Source: Mariprofundaceae bacterium
GTDB taxonomy: Bacteria; Pseudomonadota; Zetaproteobacteria; Mariprofundales; Mariprofundaceae
Reading direction: 5' to 3'
Length of the DNA: 64,000 bases
NCBI GenBank assembly: GCA_015488115.1
Contig: WFOK01000015.1
Span: 14,589 to 78,588, forward strand
The notes beneath the pieces were generated by a model. It saw only the letters and a list, made by a program, of their open reading frames with translations, was not told where the DNA came from and ran no database searches. Both the position numbers and the translations under genes were made by a program. Positions 26,657 through 36,376 of the stretch are shown piece by piece; the stretch's first letter is position 1; each line of letters opens with the position of its first letter.

Positions 26657-27748
26657 CTAGGGGGCATCCAATGCCTTCTCCACAAGTACGATCGGTTGCC
26701 GCTCGGACATGAGCTCGCGGCCCGCGATGCGCACGCCGTCCCTTTTGCCGCCCGGAGGATAGAAGATGAAGGTGTCTCCAGGCTCGATGTGCCGAAGCAC
26801 CAGCGTGTTGCCACCCAATGGATAAAGACCGGCCCTGACATCGCAACAAACGGAAAAGTCATTGTGCCTTCTCCCCCTGGCATCAAGATGGGTGATTCTT
26901 GAAGGAGTGAAGCGCATTGGCTCGCCGTGCACGAGAAAGCGCACCCAGGCACGATGTTCCAGCGGCGGGGCATCGGGCTCTGGCAGCCGCCCGTCACGAA
27001 GGAAGGCGAGCACGCGCGGCATCTGCAGCAACCGTCTCCCCAGATGATGATCGCCCCGCACGGCAATGTTGACCGCATGCCAGGGTAGCCAGGCCGATGT
27101 GGGATCCACGACAATATCCCCTTCCAGCCACCGGGCACCGGGCGCCACAAGCACGTTCAGCACAGCATGGCCCTCCAGTTCGTCACCGGAGCCATCATTG
27201 AGCACCCACAGAAAATCGGAGCCTGGCTGGATTTCCTGCGCCTGGATATTGCCTTCCGGCTGCAGGCTTCCCAGTTCAGCAAGGAGCTTGGCGGCACCGG
27301 TCCCGAAGTGCGGCGTCGAAAGAAACACGATGCGACGGATCGGATTCTCGGCATGATGGCTCAGGTACTGACGGATAAGCAAACCGCCCATACTGTGGGC
27401 CACGACATCCACCTGCCGGTACTGGGCCAGAAATCGGTCCAGCTTCTCCTCCAGGATCTCGATCGGCGGATAACGGTTGGAAACCAGGCCCGTGCGATAG
27501 GTAAAGAAAAAAACATCCCGTCGCAGCATTCGCTCCAGCTTCATCAATTCACGCGCAGACGGCCAGGTGAATTCCCCGCCATTCCAGCCATGGACCAGAA
27601 TCAACGGCGGAGCATCCGGATACTGCTCCTGAAGCAGCGTATCCATCTGTTCCCAAGTTTGCCACAGACCCGCATATACCTCACTGCTCTTCTTCATCGA
27701 GCAGCCGCCCAGCACGAGCGCGACCAGCAACAACCATGAAATACGCAT
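26657..27748 (-). CDS. Alpha/beta-hydrolase (lipase/esterase-like) lipoprotein
   Basis: 363 aa from ATG 27748. Signal peptide with lipobox VLGGC. Nucleophile elbow AHSMGG. An extra C-terminal domain of about 130 aa. Confidence 0.75.
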   Translation of the reverse strand: MRISWLLLVALVLGGCSMKKSSEVYAGLWQTWEQMDTLLQEQYPDAPPLILVHGWNGGEFTWPSARELMKLERMLRRDVFFFTYRTGLVSNRYPPIEILEEKLDRFLAQYRQVDVVAHSMGGLLIRQYLSHHAENPIRRIVFLSTPHFGTGAAKLLAELGSLQPEGNIQAQEIQPGSDFLWVLNDGSGDELEGHAVLNVLVAPGARWLEGDIVVDPTSAWLPWHAVNIAVRGDHHLGRRLLQMPRVLAFLRDGRLPEPDAPPLEHRAWVRFLVHGEPMRFTPSRITHLDARGRRHNDFSVCCDVRAGLYPLGGNTLVLRHIEPGDTFIFYPPGGKRDGVRIAGRELMSERQPIVLVEKALDAP

Positions 27749-27832
27749 GCGGTCAAGCATGTACGATCGGGCCATGCTTGCCAACAAGCCGGATGCCTTG
27801 GCAAACAGGGGGTTATGTGCTGAGATGGGGGC

Positions 27833-28387
27833 ATGAAAATGCTTTATGATCTGTTCCCCGTACTGCTGTTCTTCGCAGCCTACAAATGGCAGAATATCTA
27901 CACGGCCACGGCGGTGCTCATGCTCGCCTCACTGGCTCAAACCATTTTCCACCGCCTGCGGCATGGCAGGTTTGAAACCAGCCACCTGATCACGCTCGTT
28001 CTCGTCCTGATCTTTGGCGGGGCAACCCTGTTGCTGCATGATGAGCTGTTCATCAAGTGGAAGCCGACGGTCATCAACTGGCTGTTCGGCATGGCCTTTC
28101 TCGGCTCCCACTGGATTGGCGGCAAGCCCCTCATCGCCCGCATGCTGGACGCAAGGATCGACCTTCCCGGCATCATCTGGCGGCGCCTGAATGCCGGCTG
28201 GGGCATCTTTTTTCTTGTGCTGGGCGCCCTGAACCTGTATGTCGCATTTGCCTTTGATACGGACACTTGGGTCAACTTCAAGCTCTTCGGGCTGATGGGG
28301 CTGACCCTGCTGTTCATCATCGCCCAGAGCATCTATCTGGCCCGGCACCTGCAGGCAGAGCAACCCACCGACCGGAGCCGTGGATGA
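27833..28387 (+). CDS. yciB: Intracellular septation protein A (YciB/IspZ)
   Basis: 184 aa. MKMLYDLFPVLLFFAAYKW N-terminus and the overall 5-TM pattern typical of YciB. Confidence 0.88.
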   Translation: MKMLYDLFPVLLFFAAYKWQNIYTATAVLMLASLAQTIFHRLRHGRFETSHLITLVLVLIFGGATLLLHDELFIKWKPTVINWLFGMAFLGSHWIGGKPLIARMLDARIDLPGIIWRRLNAGWGIFFLVLGALNLYVAFAFDTDTWVNFKLFGLMGLTLLFIIAQSIYLARHLQAEQPTDRSRG

Positions 28388-29607
28388 GTCGGGTCGGAGA
28401 AGGCCACCGCGAGCGCCGTATGCTCTGGCTGATGCTCGCGGCCATCCTCAGCGGTGGCGTCGCCGGATATTATGGGGGCGAGGCTATGCAGAGCGTCGCC
28501 TGGCTGGGAGAGCTGTTCCTGACGGCCCTGAAAATGATGATCGTCCCGCTGGTCGCGGCCAGCATCATCACGGGCGTGGCAGGGCTCGGCAATGTGCGGA
28601 AGCTGGGACGCATGGGGGCCTTGTCCCTTGGCTATTACATGAGCACCACGCTGATCGCGGTCAGCATCGGACTGCTCATGGCCAACCTCTGGCAACCCGG
28701 CCATGGCGTGGAATGGAAGCAGGCCAGCGCGCCTGACATCGCGCATGCTGGCAATATCGGTGTCACGGACCTGATCCTCTCCCTGGTGCACCCCAATATC
28801 ATTGCAGCAGCCGCCGACATGAAACTGCTGCCCCTCATCGTCTTTTGTATCCTTTTCGCCGCTGCCCTCAGCACGCTGGAACAAAAGGGCGCGGCGGTCG
28901 TCGGCTTCTTTGAAGGCGTCAACGGGGCCATGATGGTCATGGTCGAATGGATCATGCTGCTGGCACCCGTCGGGGTTTTCGCGCTGATTGCCTCGAAACT
29001 CGGAGCCAGCGGTGGCGGGGATGCCTTCCTTGCCCAGCTTGCCGGCCTGGCCAAATACGCCCTGGCCGTCCTGAGCGGGCTGCTCACTCACGCCCTGGTA
29101 CTGTGCCTGCTGCTGTTCCTGCTTGCCCGCCGCTCGGTCATGGCCTATCTCGGCCATCTGGCCACGCCGCTGATGACGGCCTTCTCGACGGCATCCTCCA
29201 GCGCGACCCTGCCACTGACCATGGAGGCCGTATCCATGGCCGGCGTGCATGACAGGGCAAGACGCTTCGTGCTCCCTTTGGGAGCCACGATCAACATGGA
29301 CGGCACCGCGCTGTATGAAGCGGTGGCCGTGCTGTTCATTGCCCAGGCCTATGGCATCGAACTCGGCTTCGCCCAGCAGGTGCTCGTGCTGCTGACCGCA
29401 ACCATGGCCGCCATTGGCGCGGCCGGCATCCCCGAAGCCGGTCTGGTCACCATGGTTATCGTACTCGGCGCCGTCGGGCTGCCACTCGATGGCATCGGCC
29501 TGATCCTGGCCATTGACTGGTTCCTTGACCGCTGCCGTACAACGGTCAACGTGTTCGGTGACGCCGTAGGCGCAGCCGTGGTCGGCCGATGGTTCGGCCG
29601 GGCCTAG
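28384..29607 (+). CDS. Dicarboxylate/amino acid:cation symporter (DAACS family)
   Basis: 407 aa from ATG 28384, overlapping the yciB stop (ATGA). Family motifs FSTASSSATLP and PLGATINMDGTALYE. Confidence 0.88.
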   Translation: MSRVGEGHRERRMLWLMLAAILSGGVAGYYGGEAMQSVAWLGELFLTALKMMIVPLVAASIITGVAGLGNVRKLGRMGALSLGYYMSTTLIAVSIGLLMANLWQPGHGVEWKQASAPDIAHAGNIGVTDLILSLVHPNIIAAAADMKLLPLIVFCILFAAALSTLEQKGAAVVGFFEGVNGAMMVMVEWIMLLAPVGVFALIASKLGASGGGDAFLAQLAGLAKYALAVLSGLLTHALVLCLLLFLLARRSVMAYLGHLATPLMTAFSTASSSATLPLTMEAVSMAGVHDRARRFVLPLGATINMDGTALYEAVAVLFIAQAYGIELGFAQQVLVLLTATMAAIGAAGIPEAGLVTMVIVLGAVGLPLDGIGLILAIDWFLDRCRTTVNVFGDAVGAAVVGRWFGRA

Positions 29608-30524
29608 ATGTAAGTCAGCCAGTCCTCGCGGTCGGCGCAGCGACCATGAACGACATCGAAGTATCTTGACTGCAGAAGCTCCGTGATCGGACCGCGGCTT
29701 CCCTTGCCGATCACGCGCCCATCAACCTCGCGGATCGGGGTCACCTCGGCCGCCGTGCCCGTGAAAAAGGCCTCGTCAGCGACATACACCTCATCACGCG
29801 TGATGCGCTTGACCACAACCTGCAGGCCCTGCTCCTCGGCCAGCTCGATGATGGATGCCCGCGTGATGCCATCCAGGGCGCTACTGAGTTCCGGCGTATA
29901 GAGCACCCCATCCCGGACAATGAAGATGTTCTCGCCCGAGCCCTCGGCGACGAAGCCATCGACATCCAGCAGCAGGGCCTCATCGTAGCCATCCCGCTGG
30001 GCCTCGGCCAAGGCCAGCATGGAGTTGATGTAATGCCCGTTGGCCTTGGCCTTGCACATCGAAATGTTTACATGGTGTCGCGTGTAACTCGACGTGCGAA
30101 CCCGTATGCCGTGATTGATGCCCTCATCGCCCAGATAGGCCCCCCAATTCCAGGCGGCCACGATGACATGCGTGCGAAGATTGTCCGCCCTCAGACCCAT
30201 GCCTTCCGAGCCATAGAACGCCATGGGCCTGATATAGGCTGAATCGAGGCCATTCGCGCGCACGGCCTCGATTTGCGCCGCATTCAGCGTCTCCTTGTCG
30301 AACGGCATGGGCATGTTCATGATGTGTGCCGAACGGAACAGCCGATCGGTATGCTCCTGCAGGCGGAAGATGGCCGTGCCCTTCTCGGCATGATAGGCGC
30401 GTACGCCCTCGAAGACTCCCATGCCATAATGCAGCGTATGGGTGAGCACATGCACCCTGGCATCCCTCCAGGGCACCATCTCGCCATCAAACCAGATCAG
30501 ACCATCCCTGTCCGCAAAATTCAT
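29604..30524 (-). CDS. ilvE: Branched-chain amino acid aminotransferase
   Basis: 306 aa from ATG 30524. Class IV aminotransferase pattern (MFEGVRAY-like GVFEGVRAY, KAKANGHYINSMLA, FFTGTAAEVTPI). Confidence 0.9.
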   Translation of the reverse strand: MNFADRDGLIWFDGEMVPWRDARVHVLTHTLHYGMGVFEGVRAYHAEKGTAIFRLQEHTDRLFRSAHIMNMPMPFDKETLNAAQIEAVRANGLDSAYIRPMAFYGSEGMGLRADNLRTHVIVAAWNWGAYLGDEGINHGIRVRTSSYTRHHVNISMCKAKANGHYINSMLALAEAQRDGYDEALLLDVDGFVAEGSGENIFIVRDGVLYTPELSSALDGITRASIIELAEEQGLQVVVKRITRDEVYVADEAFFTGTAAEVTPIREVDGRVIGKGSRGPITELLQSRYFDVVHGRCADREDWLTYI

Positions 30525-30634
30525 TCCCTGCACCTCATGAACGGCAATGATGAAGCGGAAATGTAGCGCGGGCGCGCCCATCACGCCATGCCCAATGCAT
30601 GTGCAAACGGGTAAACATCTGATACGATTGACGC

Positions 30635-31426
30635 ATGATTCGCGGTGAGTCCCTGAGCAAGACCTTTGGCGACATTCAGGCCGTAAAACCGCTGGATATT
30701 CATATCCGCGAGCATGGCATCACGGCCATCATGGGCGGATCGGGTTCAGGCAAGACGACCCTGCTCAGGCTGTTGTCCGGCCTGGAAAAGCCCAGCAGCG
30801 GGCATGTCTGGTTTGCCAGTGAGGATCTCGGCCGCATCCCAGAGCGGCGCCTGTTCAAGCTTCGCGAGCAGATGGGCATGGTTTTCCAGTACTCGGCCCT
30901 GCTCAACTCGCTGGATGTCTATGGAAACGTGGCCTTCCCGTTGCATGAACACACAAACCTGGACGAGGAAATCATCCGCAGGATCGTGATGATGAAACTG
31001 GAACAGGTGGGGCTGCGCGGATTCGAGCACTTGATGCCATCCGAACTGTCCGGCGGCATGGCCAAGAGGGTGGCCTTTGCCCGAGCCATGGCCATGGATC
31101 CACGCGTGGTCTTCTTTGACGAACCGACTTCCGGCCTGGACCCGATTTCCGCCGGCGTCATCACCAGCCTGATCCATGATACCGTCAGGAAGGCACACAT
31201 GACCGCCGTCGTGGTGACCCACGATGTCCATGCAGGGCTGTCCATCGCAGACCATGTGATCCTCATGTGGCAGGGGGCCATCATTGCCTCCGGCTCTCCT
31301 GATGACATCCGGGCCAGTGAGGATGAACGGGTCCGTCAATTCATCGAAGGCCGCCCTGATGGCCCCATCCCGTTCTCGCGCAGCACCAGGCCCTACCTGG
31401 ACGATCTCCTGGGGACCCAGCCATGA
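30635..31426 (+). CDS. mlaF: Phospholipid ABC transporter ATP-binding protein MlaF
   Basis: 263 aa. Walker A GGSGSGKTT, signature LSGGMAKR, Walker B VFFDEP. First gene of a mlaFEDC-ordered operon. Confidence 0.88.
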   Translation: MIRGESLSKTFGDIQAVKPLDIHIREHGITAIMGGSGSGKTTLLRLLSGLEKPSSGHVWFASEDLGRIPERRLFKLREQMGMVFQYSALLNSLDVYGNVAFPLHEHTNLDEEIIRRIVMMKLEQVGLRGFEHLMPSELSGGMAKRVAFARAMAMDPRVVFFDEPTSGLDPISAGVITSLIHDTVRKAHMTAVVVTHDVHAGLSIADHVILMWQGAIIASGSPDDIRASEDERVRQFIEGRPDGPIPFSRSTRPYLDDLLGTQP

Positions 31427-32220
31427 ACCCTACCGGTTTCCTGACGCCCTTTTTCGCGTTTTTCGGCCGCCTCGGGCGACGTTTCCTGATGTTCCTGCAG
31501 GCCATGGGCGATGCCACCGTGCTGTCCGCAAACGCCCTGAGCCATCTGCTGCGCAGGCCTTGGCAGGGAAGACACTTCGTCATGCAGCTTCATGCCCTGG
31601 GCGTGGACTCCTTGGTCATCATCATCATCACGGGCGCGTTCACCGGCATGGTCCTTGCGTTGCAGGGATACTACACACTGGCCAAGTTCGGCTCCGAATC
31701 CCTGCTCGGCGCGGGAGTTGCGCTGTCCATCATTCGCGAACTGGGACCGGTGTTGGGCGCCTTCATGGTAATCGGACGCGCCGGCTCCTCGATCACAGCC
31801 GAAATCGGCATCATGCGCGTGACGGAGCAGTTGGATGCGCTACAGATGATGGCCGTCAATCCAAAGGCCCGGATCATCCTGCCAAGGATCGTGGCGGCGA
31901 CCATTGCCCTACCCCTGCTCGTGGCCATTTTCGACGTCATTGGCATCGCCGCCGGATATCTGGTAGGCGTGGAGCTGCTTGGCGTGAATCCAGGCGCCTA
32001 TGTGGCCGAGATGATGGCGAAGATAACCGCCCATGACCTCAATGGCGGCTGGGTCAAGGCCATCGTGTTCGGCTTCATGATCGGCGTCATATGCACCTTC
32101 ATGGGCTATCGCTCGGAGCCCACGACCGAAGGCGTCGCCCGGGCCACAACCCAAGCCGTGGTCATTGCCTCAGTCGGGGTGCTGATGGTCGACTACATCC
32201 TGACCTCGTTTTTCCTTTGA
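31423..32220 (+). CDS. mlaE: Phospholipid ABC transporter permease MlaE
   Basis: 265 aa. ATGA overlap with mlaF. Signature IRELGPVLGAFMVIGRAGSSITAEIGIMRVTEQLDAL. Confidence 0.9.
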   Translation: MNPTGFLTPFFAFFGRLGRRFLMFLQAMGDATVLSANALSHLLRRPWQGRHFVMQLHALGVDSLVIIIITGAFTGMVLALQGYYTLAKFGSESLLGAGVALSIIRELGPVLGAFMVIGRAGSSITAEIGIMRVTEQLDALQMMAVNPKARIILPRIVAATIALPLLVAIFDVIGIAAGYLVGVELLGVNPGAYVAEMMAKITAHDLNGGWVKAIVFGFMIGVICTFMGYRSEPTTEGVARATTQAVVIASVGVLMVDYILTSFFL

Positions 32221-32230
32221 AGGAGTGAAC

Positions 32231-32680
32231 ATGCAAAACTACAAGCGCATCGAGATCACGGTCGGTATCTTCGTGTTCCTTGGCTTGCTGAGCGCAGGCT
32301 GGATGGCCATCAAGCTTGGCCAGGTCGGAGGCCTTGGCGAGCAAGGCTATGAGCTGCGTGCCGTGTTCGACGACGTGGGCGGCGTTCGCAGCGGCAGCGA
32401 CATCATGATGGCCGGCGTCGTGATCGGGCGCGTGAAGGATGTCCACATTCTCGACAACCGGAAGGCCGAGGTTGTGATGCGGATCAATGACGATGTCAGG
32501 ATCGCCGAGGATGCTTTTGCATCCATTCGCACCAAGGGCATCATCGGCGACCGCTATATCCGCATTACGCAGGGCATGGAGGAAACCTTCCTGGCTGACG
32601 GTGATGAAATCGAGGAAACCGAGTCCGCCCTGAACATCGAGGACCTTGTCAGCAAATACATCTTCAGCGGCAAGGAATAA
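32231..32680 (+). CDS. mlaD: MCE-domain protein MlaD
   Basis: 149 aa from ATG 32231 (SD GAAGGAG 5 nt upstream; the track start 32225 is GTG). TM followed by an MCE domain (IMMAGVVIGRVKDV). Confidence 0.88.
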   Translation: MQNYKRIEITVGIFVFLGLLSAGWMAIKLGQVGGLGEQGYELRAVFDDVGGVRSGSDIMMAGVVIGRVKDVHILDNRKAEVVMRINDDVRIAEDAFASIRTKGIIGDRYIRITQGMEETFLADGDEIEETESALNIEDLVSKYIFSGKE

Positions 32681-32702
32681 GAAAGACAATGAAGGAGAAA
32701 TC

Positions 32703-33308
32703 ATGAAACATTCCCTGTTTGGCATCATGCTATCGCTTGCGCTGGCCCTGCCCTTGCAGGCAGGGGCCGCTGACGAAGACCCCAAGGCCGTGATCCAGAG
32801 CATCGTCAGTGGCATCATCGATGTGCTTGAGCACCGAGAAGACAAGACAAAGCTGGTCGAGGCCGACCGGGAAAAGATTCGCCACATTGTCAATGGACGC
32901 TTCGACTATGCCGCCATGGCCAAGCGCAGCCTGGGCGAACCCTGGAAAAAGCTGGATGAGGCCGAACGGGCCCATTTCACGGATGTCTTCCGCCAACTGC
33001 TCGAGTATTCCTATGGCAACCGCCTGAAGGATTACAAGGGCGAAACCGTTCAATATGGAGACGTGGAATACCGCGGCAGCAAGGCCCGCGTGCTGACCAT
33101 CGTTTCCGATGGCAGCAAGGACATTCCGGTGGAATACCGCCTGCACAAAACGGAACGGGGATGGAGCGTCTATGATATCCGCATCGAGGGGGCAAGCTTG
33201 GTGCGCACGTTCTATCAGGATTTTCAGGCCCAACTGGCCAAACACGACTACCAGCACCTTGTCAGGGCCCTTGAAGAGAAAATTGCCAGAATGAAGGAAC
33301 AGGGTTGA
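32703..33308 (+). CDS. mlaC: Periplasmic phospholipid-binding protein MlaC (Ttg2D family)
   Basis: 201 aa from ATG 32703 (SD GAAGGAG). Signal peptide MKHSLFGIMLSLALALPLQAGA. Position after mlaD. Confidence 0.82.
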   Translation: MKHSLFGIMLSLALALPLQAGAADEDPKAVIQSIVSGIIDVLEHREDKTKLVEADREKIRHIVNGRFDYAAMAKRSLGEPWKKLDEAERAHFTDVFRQLLEYSYGNRLKDYKGETVQYGDVEYRGSKARVLTIVSDGSKDIPVEYRLHKTERGWSVYDIRIEGASLVRTFYQDFQAQLAKHDYQHLVRALEEKIARMKEQG

Positions 33309-33318
33309 TGCCCCGAAC

Positions 33319-36300
33319 ATGCCTGGCCGCTTGAGGGATGCGCTGGCCAGTTTTCGACGCATTGTGCTGCTTCTGCTCCTGGCAGTGGCGCTGTCGGCGG
33401 CATTTGTCTACTGGCAGATGCCGCCGCTGTCCACGCTCAAGCCCCAAGTCGAAAGCTATCTGAAGAAGCAGCTCGGGCTTTCATCCCTCGATCTCGGCGA
33501 ACTCTCCTGGTACTGGGCGGGCCATCTCTGGGTACGTTCGAAGGGTATCTCCTTTGCATCGCCGAATCTGAAATACAGGGATGGCGAACTCAGCATCCGC
33601 ATTCCGTTCTTGCGGCTTCTGTTCACGGACTTCATGCCCAACCGCATCCGCCTGCATGGAGGTAGCCTGGAACTTCAGCTTCTCCAGAATGAGGCGCCCG
33701 TTGCCGTCACCATTCCGGACAGCGAATTGCTCCTGGACCGGGTTACCCTCGACTGGAAGATCGGACAGCAATCCGGACACATGGATTACCTTTCATTCAC
33801 GATGGACGATCAACGCCGCCTGGCGCTGACGACCCCCACAACAACCATGACGGGACAACTGGACCAGGACATGCTGCCGCTCAACATCGAGCTTTCGATG
33901 CTGCGACTGGACTGGCTGCCAGGCGACATGATCCGCGCCGACAAGGCTCCGCCGTCATTGCATGCCTCCCTGCATCGCATCCATCCCACGCAATGGTCGC
34001 TGCGCTGTGATCTTGCCGGCCATCCCGACTTCGTGCTTTGGCCGACCGGCCAGGTACCCGTTCCGGCCGACCGCCTGACCATTGAGGGAACCATCGAGGC
34101 CAGCCACCTGGACAAGGGCCTGGAGATCAGGCGCATCCTTCTCGACAACATCCAATGGCGGCAGGCGGAGAATATCATGCAGGCCCGCGCAGCATGGATG
34201 GATGGACGCCTTCACGTCAGCGCAACGACGACCCATCTGGCCATGCCCCTGGTCTGGCGGGCCTTGCGCCCACTGGATGACTCGGCCGCTTGGCAACGCT
34301 GGCTGTCCAGTATGCACGCGGGCCTGATCCGTCATGCAAGGGCGGAGGTGAGGCTCAACTGGCCAAAGCCCTGGGCATCCCCCCCAAGCGCAGCGGACAT
34401 CGATGCCATGGAATTCTCGGTCCAGGGCATGGTGGAAGGCGCGGACATCTCCCTGGGCATGGGTGGGGACCGGCTGCGCGAGACGCAGGCCACGATCAGC
34501 CTCGATCAACAAAAACTGCATGGCATCATTCACGCTGCCGAACTGCCCCATGCGGCGGGCCATATCAACGGCACGCTGGATATCCGCTGGGATGACCTGA
34601 AAATGGACATCAACGGTACGGGCCAGGTGAAGCTGACGGCCCTGGCCGAGTGGCAACAGCCCGAGCTGCTGAAGCTTGCAACATGGAAGGTCTCATCAAG
34701 CGATGCCCGCTTCCACATGCTCTGGACCGCGACCTCCGAGCACCCCGAGGCGATGAGCCTGAGCTTCCGGCCGGCAAGGCCATGGCAACTGGATATCAAA
34801 ACCATTCCGGTGCTCATCAAGACTGGCACTGTTGACTGGGATTTGAAGCAGGGGCTCCGCGCAAGGGATCTGGCCTTCTCAACGGAGCTCAGTCAAGGAA
34901 GCCTCAGCTTCCATGCTCTGCAAACGACGGAAAAGGCCTGGCGCCTGGCATCCCTTCAGGCGCGTTTCCAAACCGATCTGGGACATGCGGCACAACGATT
35001 CGAGATCCCGATGGGCCGCCCCCAAGGACAGGTCACGACGATCTTGGCCATCAAGAACGACGCCTTCGATGCGACGCTGGATTTCGTCCATGCATCCTGG
35101 TCGAATTTCCTCGGCACGAAGAAAACAGCCGGAACGCCCCTGACGTTTCTGGGCCATGGTGCCATCGTTCAGCAGGAAGGGGCCTGGAAGCTGGATGTCA
35201 AGCGGTTCCGCACGATCGAAAACGACATCATGCAGGCCGACGGTACGGCCGAACTCAACGCCCAGGGGCTCGTGCTCAATGCCCGGCACATGCAGACCGG
35301 CGCCTTCAATGGATCGCTCCTCGTTCAGGCGCCGTTTGGGCCGGCGCGCTGGACGCTGGACGTGGACGCCCGCTTCCTCGATCGCTCGGCGCTGCCTGAC
35401 AGGCTGCCGCGCGCGGCAACCTCCAAGGATTGGGAGCTTGCTGCACGCATCGACCGCTTCAACTGGGGCGAAGCCTCCCTGAACGGGGTGCGCCTGAAAA
35501 TCGACTCAGGCACGGAAAGCCTGGGATCGTTTCGCGCCCGGCACGTCCATACATCCAAACTCGACCTCGAGAACCTCAGTTGCGATTTCACGCTGCCGGG
35601 CAAGTCCATGATCGATGTCCGTGCCCTGAAAGCCAATCTGTCCGGTCATCAACTGTTTCTTTCGGCAACGCTCAAGCCCGCCGAACATGGGGCCCTGCAG
35701 TGGCATGGCTTTGCCGAGGTGTCCGGTGATTTCGGCCGCCTCATGGTCGATGGAGGGCTGTCAAGGCGTTTCATGGGCGGGAAAATGCATGCCCTGTTCT
35801 CCGGAGAGGGAATCTTCATGAGGGAACGTCCCTGGTGGGAGGGCATGAATGGCCGCCTTCGCCTGCGCGTCGACGACGGGCGCATTCTCGAAGGCGGGCC
35901 GCTCACGCGCCTGCTGGCCTTGATGAGTCTTGCCGACCTGCCCAAGATCCTGTTCGGACAACGCAAGGACCTCGTCGGCCCGGGCCTGATGTATGAGCGC
36001 CTGCAGATGGAAGGCATCCTGTCCAACGAACATTTCAACATCTACAACCTGGCCATGAGGGCCACGGCTCTTGACATGGCCGGCAGGGGATCGATCAATC
36101 TGGCCAACAACAACATCGACCTGCTCATGATCGTTCATCCGCTGCAGAACCTTGACGCCATCCTGAACAAGATCCCCCTGCTCCGCGACTTGCTGGGGGA
36201 TTCCTCCCACAGCCTGTTCAGCCGCGTCTATCGCATGAAAGGCCCGCTGGAAGAGGCGAAGGTCGAGCCAGCCGGCCCGAAGGAAAGCGAAATGGCGCTG

Positions 36301-36375
36301 AAGAAAATGGTTCAGGGGCTCTTCGAGCTTCCCGAGCAATGGTTTGGCAAGAGCCGGCAGGAACCGGCCAGATAA
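33319..36375 (+). CDS. YhdP/AsmA-like large envelope-spanning protein (DUF3971 N-terminus, AsmA-like C-terminus)
   Basis: 1018 aa. N-terminal TM anchor (IVLLLLLAVALSAAFVYW). The C-terminal block GRGSINLANNNIDLLMIVHPLQNLDAILNKIPLLRDLLG resembles the YhdP/TIGR02099 family. Assignment is from memory of the family only. Confidence 0.65.
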   Translation: MPGRLRDALASFRRIVLLLLLAVALSAAFVYWQMPPLSTLKPQVESYLKKQLGLSSLDLGELSWYWAGHLWVRSKGISFASPNLKYRDGELSIRIPFLRLLFTDFMPNRIRLHGGSLELQLLQNEAPVAVTIPDSELLLDRVTLDWKIGQQSGHMDYLSFTMDDQRRLALTTPTTTMTGQLDQDMLPLNIELSMLRLDWLPGDMIRADKAPPSLHASLHRIHPTQWSLRCDLAGHPDFVLWPTGQVPVPADRLTIEGTIEASHLDKGLEIRRILLDNIQWRQAENIMQARAAWMDGRLHVSATTTHLAMPLVWRALRPLDDSAAWQRWLSSMHAGLIRHARAEVRLNWPKPWASPPSAADIDAMEFSVQGMVEGADISLGMGGDRLRETQATISLDQQKLHGIIHAAELPHAAGHINGTLDIRWDDLKMDINGTGQVKLTALAEWQQPELLKLATWKVSSSDARFHMLWTATSEHPEAMSLSFRPARPWQLDIKTIPVLIKTGTVDWDLKQGLRARDLAFSTELSQGSLSFHALQTTEKAWRLASLQARFQTDLGHAAQRFEIPMGRPQGQVTTILAIKNDAFDATLDFVHASWSNFLGTKKTAGTPLTFLGHGAIVQQEGAWKLDVKRFRTIENDIMQADGTAELNAQGLVLNARHMQTGAFNGSLLVQAPFGPARWTLDVDARFLDRSALPDRLPRAATSKDWELAARIDRFNWGEASLNGVRLKIDSGTESLGSFRARHVHTSKLDLENLSCDFTLPGKSMIDVRALKANLSGHQLFLSATLKPAEHGALQWHGFAEVSGDFGRLMVDGGLSRRFMGGKMHALFSGEGIFMRERPWWEGMNGRLRLRVDDGRILEGGPLTRLLALMSLADLPKILFGQRKDLVGPGLMYERLQMEGILSNEHFNIYNLAMRATALDMAGRGSINLANNNIDLLMIVHPLQNLDAILNKIPLLRDLLGDSSHSLFSRVYRMKGPLEEAKVEPAGPKESEMALKKMVQGLFELPEQWFGKSRQEPAR

Positions 36376-36376
36376 C

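Noticed and set aside
21187-34840. Sigma-54 promoter search (TGGCAC-N5-TTGC), prompted by the presence of ntrC. TGGCAC occurs near 12141, 21187, 28961, 34826 and 38093.
   Set aside because: None of these is followed by TTGC at the correct spacing, and all lie inside coding regions.
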